From Octopus sinensis (taxonomy: Eukaryota), in NCBI RefSeq assembly GCF_006345805.1, contig NC_043010.1:4650001-4714000 (forward strand): a stretch of 64,000 bases of DNA. The letters are read 5' to 3'. How positions within the stretch are numbered: the stretch's first letter is position 1; each line of letters opens with the position of its first letter. Shown piece after piece: positions 25,390-37,825 of this stretch. The notes below the pieces were generated by a model. It was given only the letters and a program-made list of their open reading frames with translations. It was not told the origin of the DNA and made no database searches. The translations under genes and the position numbers were made by a program.

Positions 25390-25848
25390 GCGTGGCACAT
25401 AAAAAGCACGTGCCGGTGGCACGTAAAAAGCACCATCCATTTGTGGCCGTTGCCAGTGCCGCCCCGACTGGCCTCGTGCTGGTGGCACGTAAAAAGCACC
25501 ATCTGTTCGTGGCCGTTGCCAGCGCCGCCCCGACTGGCCTCATACTGGTGGGACATAAAAAGCACCATCCGTTCGTGGCCGTTCGCCAGCCTCGCCTGGC
25601 CCCCGTGCTGGTGGCACATGAAAAGCCATCCGATTGTGGCCGTTTGCCAGACTCGTCTGGCACCTACGTAAAAAGTACCCACTACACTCATGGAGTGGTT
25701 GTCGTTAAGAAGGGCATCCAGCTGTAGAAACATTGCCAGATCAAACTGGGCCTGGTGCAGCCTTCTGGCTTCCCAGACCCCAGTTGAACCGTCCAACCCA
25801 TGCTAGCATGGAAAGCGGACGCTAAACGATGACGATGATGATGATGAC
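25390..25848 (+). mobile_element. SINE-like family C with about five internal tandem units
   Basis: Repeated GTGCC/GCTGGTGGCACGTAAAAAGCACCATCC units followed by the RTE-type tail and (GAT)n. Confidence 0.85.
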
Positions 25849-27022
25849 ATCATGAAGTTGTGAAAAATGGAGTTGTTAAAAAAAGTGGTTGATTGGTAAG
25901 AAGCTTGCTCACCAACCACATGGTTTCGGGTTCAGTAGATGGTGCCCCAACATGGTCACAGTCAAAAGACGGAAATAAGTAGAAGCATCCGATAAGGTTT
26001 ACTGCATATATTTCTAATACTTTAGTATTCACTAATTTTAAATTTTGGTTCCTTTTTCCTCTGAAAAATTGTTTGGCAGAGTGAAATGCTGCAAGAACTT
26101 AAACTCTGGAATTAAAACCTATTAAAAGGGTCATCAAAGATACTCTGTGACTTAGCCCTGACCGATCCTTCAATTTCTAAATCTCTAATGTTGAATTTAG
26201 TTAAAAGCGTGGTTAGTTTATAACTTCATAAATACAGCTTTGCAGTGTTAAGCTCCTTTTAAGAATTAATCCATTGATTTCAATCAATATAGAGATCATT
26301 GCCTAAATGCTTGTCATCATAACAGATGTTGTGATAAGAACCAGTTTTCCATCAATATGCAGCAATGATTTTAGCCAGCCACTCTTCTATACTCCCATCT
26401 CAAACCAAATGGACAATAATGGTCACAAATACATGAAATGCAAAATCGGTAATCCCTCACCGCCAATACGATTCACAGTAAAAAAAGAAGCAATGATAAT
26501 CCTTTAGATAATAAACTTAGATAAACTTAGATGGGTTTCTATCAGTCTTAACCCAGGCTATGTCTAATTTAAAAGCAGTACATAGTGAAGTCACTATGTT
26601 CAATCCCATTTGGGAAACCATATCTCACTCGAATAGTGGGGTGGGTGGTTGGAAGTTAAAGCTTTTGTTTGTTTGTTTTATGTGCGTTTTATGTCTGTTT
26701 TCCAGTGCTGGCATGGGTTCAGTGAATACATACAGTCAAGGCATTGTCTTACAGCTGGATGTCCTTTCTATTCCTAAGATTTTATTGGTTTTCGAGGTTT
26801 TTTATTTCTTTTTTCCCCTTTTCACTTGTTTCTGAAAGTGCTGAGCTAGCAGACGATTTGCTGACAAAGGCAACAAACAATTTATTTATAGCTTAGTGTT
26901 TTTTTTCGCTGTGAAAACACAAAATATAAGCACATATACACTGTGTGTGTGTGTGTGTGTGTGTGTACATGCATACATATATGTATGCATGTATATACAC
27001 ACACACACATGCATATATATAT

Positions 27023-27062
<40 letters not shown>

Positions 27063-27231
27063 CAAATTGAGATAGGGGTTGTAAATGCAACCCTCTATGG
27101 GATAACATATATCCAATATACTGCTAGTGAAGTACCCAACAAAGTTAATACATAAATGTTAAGAATTACAATGCAATCAATTCATTTACTGTATTATATG
27201 GGCAAAGGTAAATTTCTCCATTTTCTTATCT

Positions 27232-27272
<41 letters not shown>

Positions 27273-27675
27273 TATATATTCACACACACATGCACATATA
27301 TATACATATATATAAATATATGTATATATATATATATATATATATGACAGGCTTCAGTACAATTTTTGTCTACCAAATTCACTCACAAGGTATCCAGGCA
27401 TTGATCAGTCTGGGTTTATAACAGTAGACAATTGGCAAAGGTGCTTCACAATGTAACCAAACACTTAATTAGGTGATTTAGATGTATTTGCACCCATTTC
27501 TATCTGATAAACATTTAACATTTTTCTTTTTTTTTTTCTATCTGTGAAAATTAGTTGGTCACTATAAAATTCTTCATTCGTTTTAATTGTTGATACAATC
27601 TTCTTTGGTGAAACTGAACTATTATTATTAATATTATTATTACTACAAGAATATGACTGACTGGATCTTAAAAGT

Positions 27676-27743
27676 CATGATGATGATGATGATGGTGTTG
27701 ACAATGATGATGGTGGTGGTGATGATGATGATGGTGATGATGG

Positions 27744-27826
<83 letters not shown>

Positions 27827-27864
27827 TGATGATGATGGTGATAATGATGATGATGGTGATGATT

Positions 27865-27903
<39 letters not shown>

Positions 27904-27930
27904 GTGATAATGATGATGATGGTGATGATT

Positions 27931-27966
<36 letters not shown>

Positions 27967-27993
27967 GTGATAATGATGATGATGGTGATGATT

Positions 27994-28049
<56 letters not shown>

Positions 28050-28071
28050 AATGATGATGATGGTGATGATT

Positions 28072-28107
<36 letters not shown>

Positions 28108-28134
28108 GTGATAATGATGATGATGGTGATGATT

Positions 28135-28173
<39 letters not shown>

Positions 28174-28199
28174 GTGATATGATGATGATGGTGATGATT

Positions 28200-28235
<36 letters not shown>

Positions 28236-28457
28236 GTGATGATATGATGATGGTGATGATTATGATGATGATGATGATGCTGCTGATGATGATGGTGATA
28301 ATGATGATGATGATGATGATGATGATGGTGATAATGATGATGGTGATAATGATGATGATGGTGATGATTATGATGATGATGGTGATGATTATGATGATGA
28401 TGATGATGATGATGATGGTGATAATGATGATGATGGTGATGATTATGATGATGATGG

Positions 28458-28495
<38 letters not shown>

Positions 28496-28586
28496 GTGAT
28501 AATGATGATGATGGTGATGATTATGATGATGATGCTGCTGATGATGATGGTGATGATGATGGTGATGATGATGATGATGATGCTGC

Positions 28587-28617
<31 letters not shown>

Positions 28618-28696
28618 GGTGATAATGATGATGATGGTGATGATTATGATGATGATGATGATGATGATGATGATGGTGATGATTATGATGATGATG

Positions 28697-28728
<32 letters not shown>

Positions 28729-28808
28729 GATGATATGATGATGATGATGGTGATGATGATGATGATGATGTGATAATGATGATGATGGTGATGATTATGA
28801 TGATGATG

Positions 28809-28839
<31 letters not shown>

Positions 28840-28870
28840 CGACGATGATGATGATGATCATCACCATCAT
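27676..28870. repeat. ~1.2-kb (GAT)n-derived satellite with higher-order units
   Basis: Recurrent GGT GAT AAT GAT GAT GAT GGT GAT GAT TAT motif separated by variable (GAT)n; explains the poly-M/H/I ORFs. Confidence 0.95.
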
Positions 28871-29184
28871 CATCACTGTTGTAATATCCATTTTTCCATG
28901 TTTGCATGGGTTTATCTTTTACTTGTTTCAGTCATTAGACTTCGGCCATGCTGGAGCACTGCCTTGAAGAATTCTTAGTAAAATGAATCATCCCCAGAAC
29001 TTTTTTTCTTTTTCAAGCCTGGTACTTATACTATCGATCTCTTTTGTTGAATTGCTAGGTTACATGGTCGTAAACACACCAACACAGGTTACCAAGTGGT
29101 AGCAGGAGACAAATGCAGACACAAAAACACACATATGGAGTCAAGGCAAAGAGACATAAAACACACTAACACACACACATACAC

Positions 29185-29220
<36 letters not shown>

Positions 29221-29405
29221 ACACATGCACAAACACAAGTGTACAAAGGCTTCTGGTGGAATTCTGCTTTATTCCACACAGCATATAAACCCTCATAAGT
29301 TTTTTATTTTGGGGAATTTTTAGATATTTTTTGTGAATTTGTGCTCTACACATAGGAGATCATACAACTATGCAAAAATGAAAAAACATTTTTTGAGTGA
29401 TTTAA

Positions 29406-29626
29406 CCCTTTAGTGTTCACATTATTCTGCCAAAATTAATGCTTCTTTATCCACATTGTTTTGAATTAATCATGCATTATCTTGTAGCTATGAGATTCTG
29501 ATGAGGTAGCTGTTCATTTTTAAGATGATATTGTAGGGTTGGTGTGAGAGACCAGATCTAGCCAGTTTGAACATAAAACAGGCAGAATACTTTTGGCCGG
29601 ATATGGCCGGTTTAAATGCTAAAGTG
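29406..29626. mobile_element. piggyBac-like MITE family 1 (opposite orientation)
   Basis: TTAA-CCCTTTAG ... CTAAAGTG-TTAA. Confidence 0.75.
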
Positions 29627-31497
29627 TTAAAGGATATTTAGCTGTTATTTTTAGCACATCTCACAACCACCTCATACTATCCTCATTTGTCACTCTGATG
29701 GATTGATATTTTTCAATATCTTTCGTCCCATAAGCACATTTAATAGTCTTTTGCTAGGATTTAAGCTAAAAATTCAAACTGTATTTTAAACTGATTTAAA
29801 AAAAAAAGAAAGCTCTAAGAATTAAAGAAATTTTTTTTTAATTTCAAAAAACTGAAAAAAATTTGTTTGCCTTGTCATATGATTTCCTGGGTGTAGAATA
29901 CAAATTTGCAAGAATTTTCTGAAAATTCAAAAAAATAAAGTTATGAGGGGTTATATGCAGTGCATAAAGCAGAATTCAACCAGGCTTCTTTCAGATTTTG
30001 TCTACCAAATCCACTCTCAAGATTTTGGTCAGCTTAGCGCTATAGCAGAAGACATTTGCCAAAAGTGCCACACTGTGGAACTGAACCTAAAACCATATGA
30101 CTACGAAGCAAACTTCTTGCTACACAACCATACTTGTGTATATCTGTTATAAACCTTTTTCTTTTTTTTCATGACATATTTTCAGTGAAATGGAAGGAGG
30201 GATACAGCTCTTTACAAAATGTCTTGCTGCTAGAAATAGCAGCCAAATCTCTCCCTGATATCGAACACCACTACCACTACCACTATTGCTACCTCTGCCA
30301 CTACCACTATTCCTGCCATCACCAACACCACCACCACTAAAATTGTCGTCATAACCATCAGCAGCAGCAATAACAACAGCAGCACAACCACCACGACCAC
30401 CACCACAGTACTAACACTATCACCCTCTTCCTCCCCCTTCTCCTCCTCGTCGTCATCAACTGCAGCAGCAGCAGCAGCAGCCAGAACAGTGGGAGAGTGA
30501 CGGTTGGCGAAATGCTGGGTTCAATACAATCAATTACACCAAATTTTCCAAAACGTGTGACCTCGACCAGAGCTAAGAATCAATATTTTAATTAGTCCGG
30601 TTAATCACAGCAGCCCTGTAGTAGTGTTATTGTTATTGTTGTTGTTGTTTAGGTCCAGGTCAGCTCTGATTGAACACGTCTATGATCAAAGATTCTCCAT
30701 CTACGACCATCGCATCATTTTGGAAATCAGGGTCTACTTTGTTAAATATCCCTTTCTTCATTTAAGGTAGTAATGAGAGAGAGAGAGAGAGTGAGAGATT
30801 TTAGCTGCTATTTCTAGCCAGCCAAAACGTCCCTATAGACATTCCTTTATTAGCTTCATAATGCAACCCTTTTACTCCTGATGCTTGTAGCAACAATTTC
30901 ATTTCATTTCCATGGCTAATTTCTTTGGAAAACTCATGAACATTTACCACTTGACATTTCTCACACCTATTAATATGTAGCTCTGTGTCCATCTAAGACA
31001 TTTGTAATTAGAAAAGTTTGTCTAATTTTGTATCTTTCATTGTTCATTAAAACCTGTGAAGTGATTTCATTACTGACATGTTGTTGTATATAGTTAGCTA
31101 GAGAGGATTCTAAAAAGTTTAGAACTTCCAAAATGTGTGTGTGTGTGTCTTATGTGTGTTTTGTGCGTGTATCTTTGTGTCTATGTTTGTCCCCGCCCCA
31201 CTATCGTTTGACAAGGAACGTTGGTGTGTTTACATCCCTATAACTTAGTGGTTCAGCAAAAGAGACCAAGAGTATAAGTACTAGGCTTACAAAGAATAAG
31301 TCATGGGGTCGATTTCTTCGACTACAAAACCCTTAAAGGTGGTGTTCCAGCAGTCAAATGACTGAAACAAGTAAAAGACTAGAAGAATAAAGTACTGGAT
31401 GCAATTTGGTTAACTAAAACCCTTGAGGGTAGTGCCCCAGCATGGCCATAGTCCAATGAACTAAACCAAGAAAAAGATAGAAAGATAAATGAATTTA

Positions 31498-31700
31498 TCA
31501 TCATCGTTTAACGTCCGTTTTCCATGCTAGCATGGTTTGGACGGTTTGGCCGGGGTCTGGGAAACCAGTAGGCTGCACCAGGCTCCAGTCTGATCTGGCA
31601 GTGTTTCTACAGCTGGATGCCCTTCCTAATGCCAACCACTCCGTGAGTGTAGTGGGTGCTTTTTAGGGAAGGCTGGCAACTGCCACGATCGGTTGGTGGC
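31498..31700 (-). mobile_element. SINE-like family C
   Basis: Tail sequence matches the other copies. Confidence 0.8.
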
Positions 31701-31734
31701 TTTTTTTTTATGGAAAAAAAAAAAAGAAACCCCA

Positions 31735-32220
31735 CTTGTTGGTAATGAAGTGTGGGGTCAGAGGACAGAGGACTATAGAAGGAGGTATCTTGAAGTTGGT
31801 GGAGCACCACAATCCTGCTGAAGTTAGGTACATCACACAACTACAGCCCCACCTGTTGTCAGCCGGTTTAATGAGATCCTCATGACATTGGAGGCAACAG
31901 AGAACAGCGATTTTTTTGAAGATGTGGAGAGAAAGGTCAACAGATGGATGGAGGCAAGTGATAGGAAACGTGGTGAGGTAATGGTTGAGAGGGAAGTGAA
32001 GATGGAGAAGGAAAGATTTGAGATCAGGCATGTTGGTGGAGCAAGTCGGGAGTGAGGGGTTGTTAGTAAAGTTTGTGAAGTAATGCTGGAAGGTTGTAAT
32101 CCAAGTAGAGTTCCAGTGGTAAGATGGTCCTCAAGTGGTTGTGATAATCCAAAGAGGGGCTGAGGGTAGTTCGAGAGAGGAAGATGCTCAGTCCAGGCAG
32201 AATCACATTGGAGTGATCCC
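31735..32220 (-). pseudogene. Penelope-like element ORF relic (region N-terminal to RT)
   Basis: Across frameshifts the minus strand reads ...HEDLIKPADN/GGAVVV ... HQLQDTSFYSPLSSDPTLHYQ, matching the PLE motif IKPADKGGAVVV followed by QL.D..FY..L..DPT. Confidence 0.7.
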
Positions 32221-32248
32221 ATGAGTGCATATTATGTATCATGCAAAA

Positions 32249-32654
32249 CTAGCAGTATCGCCCGGCGTTGCTCAGGTTTGTAAGGGAAATAACTATATAA
32301 GCATTTTTAGAGAGTTACTTCCCTTATATAATAGCAAAAAAAATGCATTAAAAATGGAAAAAAGTGATGGCAAATTTTTTTTTAAATCGTAGACTCATCG
32401 TAGACATTTTTAGAGAGTTACTTCCCTTATATAATAGCAACAAAAATGCATTAAAAATGGATAAAAATGATAGTAATTTTTTTTTTAAATCTTAGACTCA
32501 TCGTAGACGCGCGCTAATACCCAGAAGGGCTCGATATGAATCATGACTATAAGATACCCGGTTTTGGTTAAACTGCACCGCAAAATGTGGGAGCAGTTAG
32601 GAATCTAAATCATAGGAGACAGACACCACACAACTATTCTTTTATATATATAGA
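32249..32654 (-). mobile_element. Non-autonomous Helitron (same family as 16020), internal segment duplicated
   Basis: A|TC...CTAG|T on the minus strand; ~100-bp internal block present twice. Confidence 0.85.
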
Positions 32655-33895
32655 TTTATTAAATAACATGAAGACAAGGTAAAAAAAAAAAAAAAAAAAA
32701 AACAACGAAAAACACAATGTGTTAGGTGTATACTCAAGAAAAAGTAGAAGGAACAATTTTTCATGTTTCAAGCATATGCTCTTGTGCAGAAATAAACAGA
32801 TGAAGAGAGAAAAAAAAAACGAGAGAAAAGAATAAACGTGTCTCTATTAGATAGTCATAGCCTGCTGAAATGATTGCTAGAGGTATAAGCTGCAAGGGAG
32901 ACAACTGTGAACTTGGCATCTGTGTGTGTGTGTGAGGATGCACATGAATATATAAAGCTGATGTGTGTGTGTGTATCCTCTGTGTGTTTATGCATACTCT
33001 CTCTCTTTACCCTTTTACTTGTTTCAGTCATTTGACTGCGGCCATGCTGGAGCACCGCCTTTAGTCGAGCAAATCGACCCCGGGACTTATTCTTTTTGTA
33101 AGCCCAGTACTTATTCTATCGGTCTCTTTTGCCGAACCGCTAAGTAACGGGGACATAAACACACCAGCATCAATGGGTAACTGGTACTTATTTAATCGAC
33201 CCCGAAAGGATGAAAGGCAAAGTCGACCTCGGCGGAATTTGAACTCAGAACGTAACGGCAGACGAAATATCGCTAAGCATTTCGCCCGGCGTGCTAACGT
33301 TTCTGCCAGCTCGCCGCCTAAGGAGGAGGAGGATGAGGAGGAGAGAGAGAAAAAACAACAACAACAGGTGTAGCAGCAACAACAAAAAGCGAAGTAGAAG
33401 TAAAAAGAAGAGGAAGAAAAAAGATGTCGAAGTGGAAGAAGAGGATAGGAAAAACGAAGTGATGAAGTAAAAGACAGAAAAAGGGAAAGAGAAAAGGAGA
33501 GAGAAAAAAACGGAGACAGGAAAAAAAAAGGAAAAGAAAAGAAAACGATGTTAGGAGGGAAAGCAGAAATAAATGAATAAAATGAATGAAGTCGATGACA
33601 GGAAAAGAGTAGAAGATAAAGACGACGACGACGACAAAAAGAGGTTAAGGAAAAACACCGACAGAAGTAAAACTTTTTTTTTTATAAAAGAAGATGAAAA
33701 GAAGTAATAGAAAGATGGAAGATGGAAAACGTAGAAAATGTAAAGAAGAAGAAGAAGAAAAATTGAGCGGAGAAAACAATAATTTCTGTGAAATAAATTG
33801 TGAGAAGAGAATTAAAGTGAAATCCTGAGACGGTGCAAGGGACTTAACTCGTGTAAGATGAATTTGTTGAAGCTACATAGAGTGCTCAATAAAGG

Positions 33896-34472
33896 TTTCT
33901 TTACTACCCAAACACAGAGGGGACAAACAAGGACAGATAAACGGATTAAGACGATTACATCGACCCCAGTGCATAACTGGTACTTAATTTATCGACCCCC
34001 GAATGGATGAAAGGCAAAGTTGACCTCGGCGGAATTTAAACTCAGAACGTAACGGCAGATGAAATACCTATTTCTTTATTACCCACAAGGGGCTAAAAAA
34101 AAGGGGACAAACAAGGACAGACATACGTATTAAGTCGATTATATCTACCCCAGCGCGTAACTGGTACTTAATTTATCGACCTCGAAAGGACGAAAGGCAA
34201 AGTCGACCTCGGCGGAATTTGAACTCAGAACGTAGCGGCAGACGAAATACCTATTTCTTTATTACCCACAAGGGGCTAAACATAGAGGGGACAAACATTG
34301 GTATTAAGTCGATTACATCGACCCCAGTGCGTAACTGGTACTTAATTTATCGACCCCGAAAGGATGAAAGGCAAAGTTGACCTTGGCGGAATTTGAACTC
34401 AGAACGTAACGCAGACGAAATACCACTAAGCATTTCGCCCGGCGTGTTAACGATTTTGCCAGCTCGCCGCCT
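33896..34472 (-). mobile_element. Head-to-tail trimer of SINE family B
   Basis: One complete head (near 34472) followed by three ~180-bp body/tail units joined at GAAATACC|TATTTC. Confidence 0.85.
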
Positions 34473-34664
34473 TAATAGAGCTAAATATAAGTTGTAATCT
34501 TAAAATAGAATACCGGACCTTTTTATCCGGCTTCCAGAAACCCGAGAATACTGTGTAATAGCAAACAATATATTGCATCCCTGTATTGAGTAAACAGAAC
34601 CCTATTTTTAAAATTTGGTCAATTTGCATACGTTATGTTAAAAATAGTTTTGTTAACTTATAAG

Positions 34665-35040
34665 CCTCCTCCAGCCTTCTTCAGGTGTCTGGGGGAAATT
34701 TCGTACCTGGGTTCTCATTCCTGACGTATTTTTCGATGTTGTTGATGTTATTATTATTATTGTTGTTGTTGTTATTAGTGTTCAGGTCACTGCTTGGAAT
34801 CGAACTCGGAATCTTGGGGTTAGTAGCCCGCGCTCTTAACCACTACACCATGCGCCCACGGGCATATGGCGTAGTGACCTGAACACTAATAACAACAACA
34901 ACAATAATAATAATAACAACAACATCGAAAAATGCCTTGGGAATGAGAACCCAGGTTCGAAATTTCCCCCTCGAAGGCCGAAACGTTGTGTTAACAAACA
35001 AGATGAGGACAAATATCCGTCGAATGTAAATAATGTAAAT
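34665..35040. mobile_element. Head-to-head pair of a tRNA-headed SINE with a PLE/hammerhead-type tail
   Basis: Minus copy: TGGTGTAGTGG (A box) ... GAGTTCGATTCC (B box) ... GACAC-CTGAAGA-A-GGCTGG. Plus copy: partly deleted head ... GCCGAAACGTTGTGTT. Long inverted arms ~34693-34790 / ~34872-34970. Confidence 0.7.
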
Positions 35041-35429
35041 GAAGTTTAAATGACATTAAGACCCAAAAAAACGCCCATAAATTAAATGCATCTATCTGGG
35101 CCACAATCATGGCCCTGTCGACCTGTGAAATGACGGCCACGATCGTGGCCCGTCGCGCTTCATGTGATAAGTACCTAACTTATACGTCCTCATTTTTAAC
35201 ACAACAGGTGATAGTTTAAACGAGGTTTACTGCTATTTCTAACAAGTTGAGTGACTTCCTAATGGTTCCACTATAAGCTCATTTGTGACAGTATTTATGA
35301 TACAGAATAGATGTCAGCTGTGGAAACTGCAATTTTCCAACATCAGAATCCTAGCAGATCCGAGACTGGTAACAAAGATCAAGGGAAGCTACTCGTCTTC
35401 TTCTAAAGGCAAAAATATCTAAATTCTAA

Positions 35430-35525
35430 TGCCAACCACCATCATCCTTCTGATCCTCCTTCTGCGTTGCCTCCGTGTAGTCGCCGTTGTCATCATCGTC
35501 GTCGTCGTCGTCATCGTAATCATCG

Positions 35526-35557
<32 letters not shown>

Positions 35558-35708
35558 GTCGTCGTCGTCGTCATTGTCGTCATCATCGTCCTCTTCATCA
35601 TCATCATCATCATCACCACCACCACCACACCATCATCATCATCGTCGTCGTCGTCATCATCATCATCATCATCATCATAATCATCATCGTCATTATCAGC
35701 ATATTCCT

Positions 35709-35741
<33 letters not shown>

Positions 35742-35748
35742 AATCGTT

Positions 35749-35782
<34 letters not shown>

Positions 35783-35863
35783 CCATCATCGTCATCATCA
35801 TAATCATCATCATCATAATCGTCATCATCATCGTTGTCATTGTCGTCATCATCGTAGTCATCG

Positions 35864-35894
<31 letters not shown>

Positions 35895-35895
35895 T
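35430..35895. repeat. (CAT)n/(CGT)n trinucleotide field
   Basis: Directly visible. Confidence 0.95.
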
Positions 35896-36114
35896 TAACG
35901 TTTACTTTTTCATGCTTGCATGGGTCAGACGAAATTTGTTGATTCAGAATTTCTGTCCGGATGCCTTCCCTGTCGCTGCCAATCATCGCCTTTTTTTTTT
36001 ATAAGCAAGGTAATATTCCCCCATGACCAGATATGTTTCTTTCACAGAAACCTGGGAAAGAATAACCTCCCATCTATGAGGATGATGCACATTTACAAAC
36101 ATCACATGACAAGT

Positions 36115-36166
<52 letters not shown>

Positions 36167-36531
36167 AACCTCAGGTCTTATTTTTTGAGTGTAGTACTTA
36201 TTCTTTTGATCTCTTTTGCTGAACCACTAAGTTGTGGGAATGTAAACAAAACAACACAAGTTATCAAGCGGACGTTGGGACACACACACACACACACTCA
36301 CACACACGTATGATAGGCTTGTTTCAGTTTCTATCTATCAAATCCATTCCCAAGGTATTAGTTGGCCCAGAGCTATAGAAGAAGACAACACTTGCAAAAA
36401 GATGCCATGTAGCAGGACTGAACCTAAGACCTCATGATTGGGAACTAGGCTTCTTAACCATACAGCCGTGCCTGTGACATTTGATAAAGGAACATCTTTC
36501 AATAGAAATAAAGTTTACAAGAGAGTGACAG

Positions 36532-36537
<6 letters not shown>

Positions 36538-36564
<27 letters not shown>

Positions 36565-36900
36565 GTTTAGCGTCCGCTTTCCATGCTAGCATGGGTTGGA
36601 CGGTTCAACTGGGGTCTGGGAAGCCAAGAGGCTGCACCAGGCCCAGTCTGATCTGGCAATGTTTCTACGGCTGGATACCCTTCCTAACGCCAACCACTCC
36701 ATGAGTGTAGTGGGTGCTTTTTACGTGCCACCGGCACAGGTGCCATACGAGGCTGGCAAGCGGCCACGATCGGATGGTGCTTTTTACGTGCCACTGGCAC
36801 GAGGCCAGTCGGGGCGGCGCTGGCAACGGCCACATTTGGATGGTTCTCTTACGTACCACTGGCACTGGTATCACAGCTGCAATTTCCATTGAGGTTGATT
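36538..36900 (-). mobile_element. SINE-like family C
   Basis: Tail plus three internal units. Confidence 0.85.
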
Positions 36901-36906
36901 GATTTC

Positions 36907-36988
<82 letters not shown>

Positions 36989-37590
36989 ATATGGAATTTT
37001 ACTTAATACGAAAATTCTAATATCACAACAAATTGTTTCGTAACTTAAAAGCATGTAAACAATTTATATTATTATATTTTTAACAGTAAATAAATTACTT
37101 ACATGTCTGAATTGTATCATACTATATATATTCTATATGCTTTGTTGAATGATATATTAAGGAACTTGTTTTATGAACACTACCAGATTACTTGAATCCA
37201 TATATTGTAACTTAAGCATATATATATAAACATATATATATACTTTTTATTTATTTATTTATTGTTATTTTTTTTGTTTCTCTCATCACTTTACATATGA
37301 GAGTTGAGCATGACAGCTGCACCGTAGGCAGCAGAGATGGACAGCATCTGTTTATGGTTTGCTCTATGCTCTATTTTCCTATTGCCACTAGACTTATGAA
37401 GAAATTATGATGGTATTGGTGCTTGTGACTTGGCTTGCTGAACAACCGACATAATGAATAATATTGTAATGAGAACAGTTTGTGCAGAGCCAGTCACACA
37501 CACTCCTGTCCTTCAAATTTGTATTAATCTGATTCAACAGGTGCCATTAACTCAATAGTTATCAGGATGCAAGAATTGTATGGAGTTACC

Positions 37591-37825
37591 TATTTCTATA
37601 TTACCCACAAGAGGCTAAACATAGAGGGGACAAACAAGGACAGACATAGGTATTAAGTCGATTACATCGACCCCAGTGCGTAACTGGTACTTAATTTATC
37701 GACCCCGAAAGGATGAAAGGCAAAGTTGACCTTGGCGGAATTCGAACTCACAACGTAACGGCAGCCGAAATACTGCTAAGCATTTTGCCCGACGTGCTAA
37801 CGATTCTGCCAGCTCGCCGCCGCCT
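37591..37825 (-). mobile_element. SINE family B, young copy with 15-bp TSD
   Basis: TTGTATGGAGTTACC at 37576-37590 and 37826-37840. Confidence 0.9.

Noticed and set aside
25390-25680. Regularly spaced short repeats resembling a CRISPR array
   Set aside because: Inter-repeat segments are homologous to each other, the array sits inside a eukaryotic SINE, and there are no cas genes.
27675-28967. Long poly-His/Met/Ile ORFs (also 1803-2554 and 35419-35942)
   Set aside because: Stop-free frames of trinucleotide microsatellites; no splice context or complex sequence.
34787-34857. Possible tRNA gene (also the heads of SINE families A, B and D)
   Set aside because: A/B boxes are present, but no closed acceptor stem or terminator, and each continues into an interspersed-repeat body.
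37331-37400. Signal-peptide-like MDSICLWFALCSIFLLPL
   Set aside because: Stops after 20 codons with no donor site; no support for a secreted peptide gene.
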